DNA of 63,954 nt, the filler included, from Craspedostauros australis (Eukaryota), in assembly GCA_030167865.1 (NCBI GenBank). It is 10 parts of 10 records of this genome, joined end to end, with 100 filler letters (N's around TTAATTAATTAA, not from the genome) between each part and the next. Parts side by side here need not be neighbours in the genome. Positions count along the whole stretch, not along the records: positions 44,034 to 47,458 come from JALAGF010006183.1; positions 47,559 to 50,864 come from JALAGF010006184.1; positions 50,965 to 58,715 come from JALAGF010006185.1; 7 more parts are not named here. One strand, given 5' to 3'. Of the stretch, positions 46,021 through 58,815 are shown in pieces; position 1 is the first letter of the stretch; every line of letters starts with the position of its first letter. Made by a program: the position numbers and the translations under genes. Below the pieces are notes generated by a model that worked only from the letters and a program-made list of their open reading frames with translations, did not search any database and was not told the origin of the DNA.

Positions 46021-47458
46021 CGAGTGCGGTACCAACAAAGAGGAGCCTTTGCCATTCGATGGGTTTGTGCAACACACACCGATTGTGCTGGCGATCGACG
46101 CAGTTGAGGCCTTGGAGCGTTTTTTGTGTGTGGTTCGGCTGGAATTTTTCCGACCAGAGCGGCACGACACAACGCGATGGCTCCACGACGCACACCATTC
46201 ACGACACAAAAAAACGGCCCGCGTCACACAATTCACACCACTCGTCACAAAACACAAAACACACACCACACACCACACACCACACACCACACACCACACA
46301 CCACACACCACACACCACACACCACACATCACAATCCTCCATGCCATCAAGCAGACGATGCGCACACAGGCACTCCAATCACAGGNNNNNNNNNNNNNNN
46401 NNNNNNNNNNNNNNNNNNNNNNNNNNNNNNNNNNNNNNNNNNNNNNNNNNNNNNNNNNNNNNNNNNNNNNNNNNNNNNNNNNNNNNNNNNNNNNNNNNNN
46501 TTCGATTTGCAGCTACACCTCTGCTGTGTTGGTATCCTCCTCTGCTTTGCTGTGATGCTCGGCCTTGCCAGCCAGGCAGGCCACTTCGAATGTATTCATG
46601 GTGGGTGCTGCTTTGGCCTTGCTGTTGTTGTTGTTGCGAGGCTCAATGACCTTGGCTTTGCTCTTCCTGGGCGTCTTCTTTTTCTCCTTGTCTTTCTTCT
46701 GTTGTTCAGTCTCCTTGTCACATTTGATGGTCTCAATGATTTGCTTNNNNNNNNNNNNNNNNNNNNNNNNNNNNNNNNNNNNNNNNNNNNNNNNNNNNNN
46801 NNNNNNNNNNNNNNNNNNNNNNNNNNNNNNNNNNNNNNNNNNNNNNNNNNNNNNNNNNNNNNNNNATTTGAAGCCAGCTGATTTGCCTTTGTTGCCTGTT
46901 GCAGCTGGTTTCTTGGTGGTTGCGTTGGTTGCCTCATCCTCCTCCAACGCGAAGTCCGTGTGAGACACGGTAACGCCGATCTTGTTGCCGATCTCGTCGA
47001 ATTCAGTGAACGTTTGTTTCCGCACGTTCATGCTCAGTCCCTTGTTCTCCGTCACAAATTTGTCACCTCCTTTCGCAGTACAAATTGCGTAGGCGATCTG
47101 ATGGTGGCGAACATACGCACGCGCCACCTTGTCCAACCCAAATTGCTCCCAACAGGTTTCGCAAGCATTCCACAATGCCTCAGTGGTAAGCAATCGGCTT
47201 CCATGGTGCTCACCTTGATATNCTGACACGTGTTTNGACATNGCTGGGAATATCGCATCGTCTTTCACATTCGTGATGGGAGAATTTGGTGGTTGCAGTC
47301 GTAAGTGCCATCCGCGACTGTCGAACTCCTTGTTGATGAATCTGAGTAGTTCTGTGTCTCTGTGTGGCCCCGCGCCATCCATCTGGTACCGAATCACCAC
47401 GCTCTTGCCCGTTTCGGCCTTGATTTTGCTGGCGAGAGAATCCAGTGCGGGGATTTCT
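46021..47458 (-). mobile_element. Tc1/mariner-like transposon 3' part (DDD-type transposase fragment)
   Basis: YQMDGAGPH...LQPPNSPITNVKDDAIFP matches the second and third catalytic motifs. A possible terminus TA|CGAGTGCGGTACC at 46019-46033 is less certain. Confidence 0.75.
46261..46328. repeat. (ACACACC)n 7-bp microsatellite
   Basis: About 9-10 direct copies. Confidence 0.9.
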
Positions 47459-48545
47459 NNNNNNNNNNNNNNNNNNNNNNNNNNNNNNNNNNNNNNNNNN
47501 NNTTAATTAATTAANNNNNNNNNNNNNNNNNNNNNNNNNNNNNNNNNNNNNNNNNNNNTTGTGATGAATTCATTCGGTTGGAACATGGAAATGTCATCGT
47601 TCGATTCGAGCAGCAAGAAGGTGTTGAGTATTCGTTATTGCGTCATGGCAGTGTCGCAGAAGCGACGCCATTGGGTTTGTCAAGTGGTCACGAGGTTTGC
47701 AATGGGATGTTGCGACCCAACGTTTAACACAGGAGCGGCAGAGAACAAACAAAGAGCGAAGTAAATCAACTTCGTTCGTCGAGCTCAAGTCTTGTTTGCG
47801 GCAAAGGTTGTGTGCGACATCATAGAGCACCACGCTGTGCAGGACCAGAAGAAGGAACAGCCCGCACATTTCCGTGTACTGCGATTGATCGCAATCATCC
47901 CTGTTGCCTTGTGTGCATGCATCCATCCATCAGCTCTCCCCCATGAGTCCCCATCCGCACTTCCACGGTTACCGACACGCGATATCATTCATGTGTGCGT
48001 GCGCACACAGATGTCAAGAGCATCTTGATCGCATACGAAGGCAACTTTTTTCGGAACTCACCCTTTTTGTCGCCCATTGCTGTCATCTTCTCGGCGGTTT
48101 CCAATACACTCTGCATCCTCTTGTGCAAGAACTCCTCTCTGTATTGCGGTACAGATCGTGGTGGTTGCGGGGCATCGAGCAACGTACATCGTTGCAGAAC
48201 ATAGAGGTAGCAGTTGCCATGCATCATATNGTTGACAATATGTCGACGCAAGGTTGCGGAAGGCAGAAGAAGAAAGACGAACGAACATGGGTGAGATGCG
48301 TTTTGATGATGAGACGCTCATGGTTGAAAGACAAGGCTCAAATTTGGGATACGGCAATTCTTCTGTTGCAATACGAAAATTGCTTGCGCTTGCCTTGTTT
48401 CTACTGCGACGAGGCGCTGGCGAAGCTGCACGATGGTGGCCTGCGGGCTTGCCGGCGAGGCAGCGACGGCCGAGCTCTTGGAGACCGTCGACTCGGTCTT
48501 CTTTCCAAACATTCTGCGAAACATTGTGGATGTAGTTGGTTGGAT

Positions 48546-48602
48546 GCTTGCTTGCTTGCTTGTTGCTTGCTTGCTTGTTGCTTGCTTGCTTGTTGCTTGC
48601 TT
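48546..48602. repeat. 15-bp GCTTGCTTGCTTGTT-type tandem repeat
   Basis: Directly visible, about 4 copies. Confidence 0.8.
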
Positions 48603-48909
48603 GGTGTCTGGAGGAGTCACAAAGATGGACGGACAAGAAAGACGATGTAGAAGTTTGAGGCTGTGGATTACGGATTATTGTCGTGTGTGTGTTTTATGAG
48701 CCCGGTGAGTGAGTCGACCTTCACTTTGTTATGATCCGTGTGAGCGAAAAGCGGCGCGGTTCACCCAGAAGGCACTTTGGCCAAGGTCGCACTCCCTACA
48801 TCCAACGAAGAATGCAGTGCGCGATCAAGCAGGGATACGTGGGAAACGGTTAAGATGGGGTTAACATGCGAACACGGGCATCGCCCAACCATGAGAGACT
48901 AGAGAACTC

Positions 48910-49616
48910 TGTGACGGTCCTACACGGTCCAATAACCCTTATAATCTGAATCTTTGGGGTTTACCACCCTCAATACCAATGCATGTGTGTGTTAACTTGG
49001 TTTATCATACACATCCGCTCACGTGAGCCAAGAGCAAGTACGTAGGGACCGCCTGAAGAGGCGATGATAATACTGGGACCCCGCTCTAAGGGTGGACCGC
49101 CATGGGCCAGCACAGCTTGAATCGTGTTGCATCCCCTTTTGACCATGGTGTTCTGGTGCATCGTGGTTGGTGCCAGAGGGATGTAGTCCCATCGTTCGCT
49201 TTGCGTGGTGTGGATGGCAAGACAAGGTGGACGCACCAGCCGCAGGCCACGCGGAACCCCTACTGAGACACGCGCTCATACTGAGTGACAGATCGTGTGC
49301 CTTGTTGCCGCATCCGTGCTTCTCATTGTGGGTCGAAACATCGACACACACGCTGCACTCTCACACACGACGAAACACGCATTGTCCCAGCAGAGATTTC
49401 TGTCACAATTCTGTCCCGTGACCCTTCCACCGTTGAAGACGTACGTAGGACCAGTACAAAACTTCTCACGTAGAACCTGTAGAAACAGTACTAGAACAAA
49501 ATCCTGGACAATGGTGCGCACCGACGCACAAAACCGTTCTGGCACAAGCAACCAGACCACTCGTTCGACATCGACAATGGCACGAGGACGATCAGGAAGA
49601 GGAGGTCGTCAGGCCT
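48910..49616 (+). mobile_element. Putative 5' LTR (48910-49510), PBS-like TGGTGCGCACCG (49512) and gag start (49577, MARGRSGRGGR) of an LTR element, truncated by a nested copia
   Basis: TGTGAC...GGACA termini, TGG one base after the LTR end, and an RG-rich gag-like start cut at 49617. The LTR left boundary is inferred. Confidence 0.55.
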
Positions 49617-50417
49617 TGTTGGCAAGTTCCGCGCACGGTAACCTACGATCGTGGAAGATGGTGTTGGTTGATAGTCGTTCGTTTGCTATTTCATTACTTG
49701 GCTACTCTGATCCTCTCAGTGTACGCCCGTTCTCTTGCCCGATGCTCTTGGTGCTTCAGTCTGTTTCGTAGATTCGGTCTCCGACTATGAGTCGGTACGC
49801 GAGATCCTCTCTCTCGTTCCTCTCTTTACTCTCTCTCTCTCTCAACATCGTGTGCTTGTATTACACGATACTCCGTGTTCGATGTGTACTCCACATTTGA
49901 CACTCCGTTCATTCAGTACTGGTTCCTACTCCATGAGTACTCGCCATTTGAAGTTCACCTTCTGTATCCATGATGCTGATCCTCTTCGGTCATCGNNNNN
50001 NNNNNNNNNNNNNNNNNNNNNNNNNNNNNNNNNNNNNNNNNNNNNNNNNNNNNNNNNNNNNNNNNNNNNNNNNNNNNNNNNNNNNNNNNNNNNNNNNNNN
50101 NNNNNNNNNNNNNNNNNNNNNNNNNNNNNNNNNNNNNNNNNNNNNNNNNNNNNNNNNNNNNNNNNNNNNNNNNNNNNNNNNNNNNNNNNNNNNNNNNNNN
50201 NNNNNNNNNNNNNNNNNNNNNNNNNNNNNNNNNNNNNNNNNNNNNNNNNNNNNNNNNNNNNNNNNNNNNNNNNNNTTTCCGCTGTAATTCTGACGAATCA
50301 CAGCATACTATCGACACGAATGTAGTTGTACCGTCCAAGTGCGTATGAGAGAATAACGGATGAACGATGCACATATACTCGTACATCTCGACGTATACTC
50401 ACATGTACATCTCGACA
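49617..50417 (-). mobile_element. 3' LTR of a Ty1/copia element (gapped)
   Basis: On the minus strand, PPT AGGAAGGG (50425-50418) is followed by TGTCGAG, and the LTR ends CCAACA at 49617. A second copy lies at 35390-35635. Confidence 0.8.
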
Positions 50418-50437
50418 CCCTTCCTGTGTGCATGCGG

Positions 50438-50864
50438 TCATTCGAATGTTCTCGATGTGTCAAGGTACGACTTCTCATGTTCACGTTGTAAGTCGGCCTT
50501 GATGTTCTTGGTGAATTCGTCGCTTGTGTTCTGCTCGGATTTGACAAAAATGATTTCGATGGTTTTGTTGATTACCATGTTCCTCACGTAGTGATGGCGC
50601 ACGTCGATGTGCCGCGATCGTTGGGATGTTGATGGGTTCTTGGCGATGAAGATTGCTCCGATGTTGTTCACGCGGACCTTGATCGGTGTCTTCACTGGGA
50701 CGCCCACACTTTCGAGTAGCTGTACGACGAAGAAGATCTCCTTTGCCACTTCGGAAAGGGCAACATATTCTGCTTCGGACGAGCTGAGTGTGACGGCCTT
50801 CTGTGCCTTGGATCGCCAAAGGATTGGTACCTTGCACAGGTATAGGATGAACCCTCCTATGCTG
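50438..50864 (-). mobile_element. Ty1/copia RNase H domain (pol C-terminus)
   Basis: WRSKAQKAVTLSSSEAEYVALSE...VNNIGAI...RSRHIDVRHHYVR...QNTSDEFTK. The usual DN is NN here. Confidence 0.95.
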
Positions 50865-53800
50865 NNNNNNNNNNNNNNNNNNNNNNNNNNNNNNNNNNNN
50901 NNNNNNNNTTAATTAATTAANNNNNNNNNNNNNNNNNNNNNNNNNNNNNNNNNNNNNNNNNNNNTGTGATGTTGTGATGTTGTGATCTTTTGATTTTATG
51001 ATGTGATGGGAAGGGGAGATGTGACGACAAAAATGGGATGGAGAGACCGAAATTGGGAGGGACGGGCTCGCCGAATCAATTTTNNNNNNNNNNNNNNNNN
51101 NNNNNNNNNNNNNNNNNNNNNNNNNNNNNNNNNNNNNNNNNNNNNNNNNNNNNNNNNNNNNNNNNNNNNNNNNNNNNNNNNNNNNNNNNNNNNNNNNNNN
51201 NNNNNNNNNNNNNNNNNNNNNNNGATATGTTACACGTAAACGTCGACGTCAAAATGGAGAATCCGTGAAATTTTTTTGCTATTTGGATTCACTATAGGCC
51301 CTGGGTCATGAAGGGATATAATATTATGCTGCATAGTATTCGCAAGTGTTGCTGTTGCCGTGAATGTGGATGTGAACGTATAGGGATGCCACAAACAACC
51401 CTGTGCTACTTGACACAACACACATAAGGGAGGAAGCACACAACAGAGCCCAATCGCCTACAACGTGAGGAATCAACGCACCACCGAAGCTGTCACAACA
51501 TCACGACCCACACTGTTGGATACCATCGCAGTCTGATATCGACCAAAAGCGACGGCATCATGTCTGTCCACAGTGAGCACAAGCCATGTACTTGTGTTGT
51601 AAGAGCTATCTAAATATATCTAACCCTAATGGACAACATGCCACATAGCTTGCTAAAATGTCATGTTGTCCAATTCACAATTGGCAGGATGATACTTGAC
51701 CTCGCTGAATGGGGCTGTATGCTTACACATCCACAGCTTCAGTTTCGCACATCTCTTGCTGCTTCACACATTCACAAATACATGTGTCTTGCCCAAGTGC
51801 AGTTTTCAACTGCCATATACCAGATGGATGTGTATGTTTGTACGTATGTGTTGCTCCTCACCATCCGCAGTTCATCTCCATACTATTCACTTTGCGTTGC
51901 CACTTTCCTGCTTCCCCCGTCTTCCTTTCTCCATTGGCTGTGCTGCTGGTGTCCACTCCTTTATTCATTGAATGCTCAACGTACCTATCCCAACTATTGC
52001 AGCATTCACTGCAATCGTTTGCTTGCCAATCATCTCATTGTCACTGCTTTGATGATACAAATGGCCATTGTAGCTTCCCACTCGCGCCTTCTTTGCTTCT
52101 GGGTATCGTTGATGCATTCCACATCTTCCTTTGCTTTCTTCTCAAGAGCCATCACTTCGTATGTCAGGTTGCAATTGTCATCCATAGTCCCTGTTTTGCA
52201 AGAGTGCTCTTCCATTGCCTCAACTTCAGCTTCTGCCATGTCCATTGCTCTCCACATCCTCCAAGATCTCTTCCAACCTTCCAACAAAGGCAGATCCTAC
52301 CAGAAATGGTTCTTCAATGCTGACTTGAAAGTCAGATACTTCGTTGCAATGGCAGTGACATCGATGTAGTCGAACTTACAACTATTGAAACGGAGACGAT
52401 AGTTGGGTAAAAGTTCGTATCTAATGCAATGTTTGACGGATTGTGTCTGTTTCATGTTGCTTCGCTCCGATGTCCTTTTCTCTGTGTTGCACCTTTCGTG
52501 CTCGTTTCTGTGGCTGTTGTTGCTCGCTGCTGTTCATGACTCACTCGAGCCCTCGTGACTGGTTTCGCTCCAACAACAACAGCGAATATCAGATGGTCGT
52601 GGTGGCGCCGTGGCTTGCGGATCAACGGGCAACGCTTCGATGCCGGGCTCTAGCACTTCAGCCAATTGATCGAACGATGGCCTGGTGAGTCCGATGAAGT
52701 TGTAGAACTCCATGAAGTCGCCATGCTCTCAAATCAAAGACCAGAAAGATAGCACTTGATGATGGAAGATGCCGGAGCTGAGGTACCAACCCCTTCGCAC
52801 ACTTGTAGGCATGGTGTCGAGGATGCAGTGTGCCACAGCACACATGAGGAGGTGTTGCTGTGCAGCAAGATGCTCAAGAACGACAAGGATGATGGCAATC
52901 AAGGCAGCCTGGCGCTGNCGATGATGGTGGGAAGATATGATCCGCTGGAGTTCATCAGATGATAAATACAGAGGTACACTAGGTGCATCTAAAGAAGGAG
53001 TTAAATTTCAACAGACAGTTGCGATGCAACGGGTGGGAACGAATAATCAATTTGCAGTAGAGCACATCGGATCAATCTGGTGTGAGCACAAAGTTTCCCT
53101 CTGATGTAGCCGTTGAGAACGAATTTTGGACTACCACGACTCGTCAGAGAGATTATGAAATTATGAACGGTCTCCGAGGAGCGTTCATATTCGCGGACAA
53201 GGAGTTCATAATTATTTCGATTGACGTTATGTCGACGTTGGCCCCCAATTCGACGAGGAGCCAAAAGGTATCTTGTGCCCTAAATGGAGCGATATGATTG
53301 GCCGAGAGGCCCAGATTATGAAATTATGACCCTTACAACCACCTCCAATGGTGCACATTCTCCCACAATAGTCCACGTCAATCAGAATCGCTGATGGCGA
53401 GGAGAGACAGACAGAGAGAGCGAGAGTAGACAATCCGCAAATTGTTTCGATACGTGTTCATTTGCAAGAGAGGCTGGTCCAACTCGTCATCTCCGGGGTT
53501 GTTTCTCCAGCCTTTGTGGAATCTTGAGTTGCTGCACTCCCGGCAGGTGGGTACGCAGAGAGGGAGAGGGAGGGAGAGGGAGAGGTGGAGCTTCATGCCT
53601 TGGTTGGGCGTATGTACGGCAGGAGCGTGGCCGCTGCGCAGAGACTTGGCGACAACTGCGCGTGTGCGCGCCAATCGTGCAATTGCGCTGGGGAGTTACT
53701 CATGATCCACGCCCAGGCCCAACGTATCATCAGATGTGAGTTGGCGATGTGACAAAGCGCCCATCTCGCAACATTGGTTTCCTCTTGACTCGATTGGGAG

Positions 53801-54683
53801 GCAATTCGTTGTCCACTCTCGCTCTGCTCTGCAATTCCGAGTACCTGTACGCATTTCGGCACTTTGCGGTTCTGAATCGACGTAACTTCGTCGGCAGGTA
53901 CAGGCACCCGCCTTCGGCTCACTCCACGCACATTGATGTTTTGCAAACAGAGATCCAGTTCCGGGCCGCTGCGAAGAGGTGTGGCAGAGTATCGCGTGAA
54001 GAACGAATTCCAAAGAGATCTATTTTTGCCACCGACATCCGTTCTTCCGCGAAGTCGGATGGGACTTTCCACGTCTCAGACTCGTGAACGAGCCACATAA
54101 TGCCGGTGTTGATTGACAGTTTCTTTGATGTCGTTGTGACATATCTGTGATATTCCGCACGACAAACCGTTCTTTTGTTCGCCAAGTTCGAACCACCAAC
54201 ACAAAACCAAACACGTCTTTGCATGCACTGTTGTGCTTGGATACGTCCGACGGGATTCATAGTGTGATTGTCACGCTGTGGACCATTGCCCATGCCACCC
54301 GTGCTATTGGTGCGCGCAAAGTTGCTCCGACGGTGTGCACCACCCACACCCGTTTCCAGTCGCTGCGTGCTGCTGTTTGTTCGCAGTTCCTTGTTGGCCA
54401 CGAAATACACCTTGCCTCACCAATGGTTGTTGGGCCAAAGAGGGAGACCACGATCCCCAAAAGGCCCACCTGCGAATGACCACACGTTCCCAAACGCAGG
54501 AGCACAGAAGAGGATCAGACGGCGAAACCGCAAACGACCACACAATCCACCTTACAATACCTCCCACAATACTGAACACAAGAACAACGATAAAACGCAT
54601 AAACAAAGCAAAGCAAAGGCCACAACAACACCATAAACAACAGCAGGAGGAACCATAACAGACAGACACAACCACCACGCACC

Positions 54684-55607
54684 ATGCCGACAGGACATCA
54701 TTCAAGACGATCATCCAGCTGCGATCTGGATTTCACATCGCACAGAATCGCCACGGGAGATCTCAGCGAGCTCGAGTACGACGAACTGTCTTACGAGGAG
54801 ATCGAGATCGAGGATTGGGACGGCGAGGCGGACATTGACGACGACCTCTATTCGTATGAGGAGTTCGAAGAGTACGACGAAGACGACGACGCGGCGACAT
54901 TCGTGACGATCGAGGATGAGGGCGACTTCGGAGCGCTGTACACCATCTACGAAGTCGACAACGAGGATGTCTTCGATGATGATGATGGCGAAGTCTTGTG
55001 CGATGTCCCGCCCACGCCTGGTCGCACTGCGATCAAGGCAGCGGAAAGCAGCAACGATGCCACCGCGGTCATCTCGCCATCAACTGCGCAGCACCGAAGC
55101 CAAGACTCTTCCTCCAAGGCCATCGAGAACATGTCGCCGACTTCGGTCATCCCAACCACATCTAGCTTGGCTCCGCCGCCTGCACCCCAGCTACCACCTT
55201 GCCACGACACGGGCAGCTGTGACGACAGCAACAACGCGACGCCCAAGTCCGCCAACCAGCGCAAGAAGTGCCAAGGTCATAAGAACAGCACCAGCTGCTG
55301 CGATGATAACACCACGACACCGCCAGCGCCACCCCTCTTCACTTCTCGGGATTTCCGATCCCAAGCAACACACCAGCCATCCACAGCAGCAGCCCGTGCG
55401 GTGAGGAGGAGGTCGTTGGACAGCGAGTCCTTCGCCGACGCATCTGTCATGCGAAGGACATACGCAGATGATAGCCCGCATTCCTACCTCCTCATGTGTC
55501 TGCAAGATCAGCGGGGCAGCAGCGCTGCGCGAGGAACCTACCTGCGCAGGGGTTCGCTAGACAGCAACAGAGGCGGCATCAATCGCGTGATGCCTGTTGT
55601 TTGTTGA
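54684..55607 (+). CDS. Acidic, low-complexity hypothetical protein (307 aa)
   Basis: CA-rich 5' leader, GCACCATG context, D/E/Y-rich N-terminus, RRSLDS/RRGSLDS phosphorylation-like motifs. Confidence 0.75.
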   Translation: MPTGHHSRRSSSCDLDFTSHRIATGDLSELEYDELSYEEIEIEDWDGEADIDDDLYSYEEFEEYDEDDDAATFVTIEDEGDFGALYTIYEVDNEDVFDDDDGEVLCDVPPTPGRTAIKAAESSNDATAVISPSTAQHRSQDSSSKAIENMSPTSVIPTTSSLAPPPAPQLPPCHDTGSCDDSNNATPKSANQRKKCQGHKNSTSCCDDNTTTPPAPPLFTSRDFRSQATHQPSTAAARAVRRRSLDSESFADASVMRRTYADDSPHSYLLMCLQDQRGSSAARGTYLRRGSLDSNRGGINRVMPVVC

Positions 55608-58260
55608 GAGGGGGCAATTCACAATGCTCTGATGGAATCCGCTGGGGGATTCCGATTCATGGTCGTAGATGCCAGTCGAAGCGAGGGAAGGGAAAGATCG
55701 GATCATGTGGAATTTAAACATGAGACAAACCAGCAACACTTGCGGGCCAATTTAACCACGCTACTCTAACACGCACAACGCCACAACATCGTAACACTAT
55801 ATCTGACTGCAAAAGCGTACCTCATCCTGACGACGAACGTATGTACGGTATTGTGTGCTATGTCAGCGCTGCTCGTGTGAGTCTGCGTGCATGTTCACAC
55901 CAGCGGAACAGTCGTCTTTCTTGCCGTCCACGCGATCATTCGACCATGCCATCCTATACCACGCTATGCCATGTCATACCATGTGTAGCTGCGCGGCGGT
56001 TCCCAAGATGACAGAAACCCTGAGTCACTCTCCGGCCGCGGCCAGTTGCGTCCACCTCAGTGTATGGTAGGCACACATGCACTCGAGCAGCTCGACCATA
56101 AGTTTATCTTAAGCGGCCTGCGAAAGGTCCAACGCCGGCTTGACGTGGTTGCATTGTTCATTTTAAAGTGCGCTCCTGCTGTTGCACTCCGCACGATAGT
56201 CTCACACTCCAGGGCTCGGATACACCGTGTCCTCTCTCTCTCTATATATAGAGTCTACGCCGGAGATCAACCTGTGGCTATTGGCGATCTCACACAGTTC
56301 AGTCTGGCACTGATCGCACAGTGACTGGCGGAGCGTTTTGGAGAAACATTTCCTAATCAGATTTCATAGTATGCTATAAGAGATACCACAATAACTGTAT
56401 TGAGACAACACCATAGGTACCAAAGACGAAGCTTGTTGAAACAAACATCATCCAACAAAATGGGACGGACTACTGGAGCAAACACCAACTACGAAAACTG
56501 ACGAATCCAACAGACGAAGCAGCCGCAACATGATCACTCTCATGGACGAGAATGGCAGCAGAGCACACAGGAATCCATGCGACTCCGAGAATGTTCTAGT
56601 ACTTGCGGAGATTCGACACCTCGAGCACTCGAATGGTGGAAACGGATAGCCTTCGATGCGAAATCCCCTGATCTGGAGAAAGCCAACGCTTGGACCAGCA
56701 GGCTGCGCAATGGCAGCAATAGGAGTAGTAGCAGAGCCCTCGGTCTCAGCATCAAAAGACCGCAAGCATCAGAGTCAGGGCATCTCGAAGAGTTGGGGCA
56801 GGCGCGACGAGCCAGCGGGGCTGGGCTCCATCAGCACAGCGCACAGTGCATCGGAGTTGGTTGTTGACCTGCCAGAGAGACACAAGGGCAGACCTTTCCA
56901 CAGCTCGAGCTTCTCCGCTCCGCATACAAAGAGCAACAGACCGAAGATGGTATGACATCTTCAAGGAACGAAGGGATGGACGGCGCTGCTGCTAGTGATG
57001 AGGACACACTCTTGCAAACATGAGCCAGCACAGAGCGACACTTCCTCGAGTGGACAAAACGAATTTGAACGTGCAGGAGCACGGGTTGCAGCGAAGAAAC
57101 ACCTCCAAGGGAAGGGGACCCAGCTGGGTGCAAATATGCTCTGCCTGCGCATACAAGTCCCCCAACCCGTTTGTTGATGTGACGAAAGTGAGAAAAACAA
57201 GACAACAACTTGCGAGATGTGAATCGGAAGCTAGGAGCCGCCAATGAAAATCCCTCGAATGGACAGGCGCATGAGCAAGTACTCGCGCATTGTCAATAGC
57301 CCGTTTGATTGATTTATCCGAGCATCACGCTTCATTGGAGTTCAATTATCATTAGCGATACGTACGTGTCGTATTTGAGAAATCTTTCATTTTGGCTGCT
57401 TGTCTTAGTGGCCGGTGCGCCACAGGGTCACAATCGTCATGTTTCGGCAAACCACAAACCAGATGACCGCAGATGTCACACTTCCATAAGTAACTCCGAG
57501 GCGAGAAGCGCCCGAATAGCGAAGCATAGGCGTTCCTTGTGACCGACTCCCCATCCTTCATACTTGTTCGCCTGTACGTCCCCAACTGCGGCGCAGTAAA
57601 TACAAATCTTGTTTATGTTTGACAAGGACACAAAGTTCGAACAACGAAGCGAACGCTAACATACCTACCGTTTCTCATTGACACACAATCCACTCACGCT
57701 GTTGTTAAGTATTCAACGTGGAACGCTTCACATGCGTGACATTGTGAGCAAAGTTCGTTCTGCGCTCGTTGGTCACGTTTCTCACGAGATGAGGAAACTC
57801 ACAAATTGAATTCTGGTGTCGTCTTTGAGAACACAGGACAGACGAACAGAAACGACAACAAACCGAACAATGCGCAGTAAGCAACCTGATGACGGAAGAA
57901 CATTAGCCGCATCCACATGCCCACATGCTCACATGCCCACATACCCACATGCCTCGATGGCAACACGACACATACAGAGGTGTGCAAATACGGAAATGCA
58001 TGAATTGGATCAGCAACGATGCCCATTCGGAAGAAGCCAAGCGATGCCACACTTCCATCCATCGATCCATCCAATCAGCCCAATGTAGTCGATTATAATA
58101 CATTTCAGCAGCTATCAGCATTGAACCAGCTTCGTCGGAGTCCACGCCGCTCATACAACGCTGCGACAGTATCAAAACGACATGTTGCGTGTCAAAATCA
58201 TGACCAACAGCAACTTCTGCCGTGAACTGCAGATATGCACGAGAAACAATCGGCATCATG

Positions 58261-58715
58261 TGTTAGAAACCCTATGATCTTAGCCAAGGCAGAATGCCAG
58301 AGTTTGTGCAGCAACCTGTAGAGGTCGAGCTATTGGTTGATTGTTGTTGCAGTGAGTGAGTGTGTGTGTGTGTGAGGTTGTTTGATTGTTGTCCAAGTTG
58401 GGGTTTTATGATTAGATTTTATCGTATGATTGTTTCCTGCAATTTTTATTACGGTGCTATCGCGGCCCCCGTGTAAATTCCCGCAGTAATCACTTCCGAC
58501 TTTTGGTTTTCCTTTTTGTATCCTCTCCGTAGTATACCGTGTTGATCCGGTGTCGTCCCACGTGATTTTTCGTCTTGTTGGTGTCGCAACGAGTCCAAAC
58601 GTGTTGCACCAAAAGACGGACACTCTTCGAGTTTCTCCGATGTTCTTTTGAGTTTCCGAATTTCTCTCGTCATCGCACACAGAGAACATGACAGGATGTC
58701 CATTGCATTCCAACA
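58261..58715. mobile_element. Probable LTR (455 bp) at scaffold end
   Basis: Inverted termini TGTTAGAA ... TTCCAACA (7/8 match). The assembly breaks exactly at the CA end. Confidence 0.6.
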
Positions 58716-58815
58716 NNNNNNNNNNNNNNNNNNNNNNNNNNNNNNNNNNNNNNNNNNNNTTAATTAATTAANNNNNNNNNNNNNNNNNNNNNNNNNNNNN
58801 NNNNNNNNNNNNNNN

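Noticed and set aside
46261..46328. Telomere-like (GGTGTGT)n tract
   Set aside because: Internal, short and not a TTAGGG-type repeat; treated as a microsatellite.
47560..48650. Possible spliced minus-strand gene fragment
   Set aside because: Short coding-looking pieces, but no motif or consistent exon model I could support.
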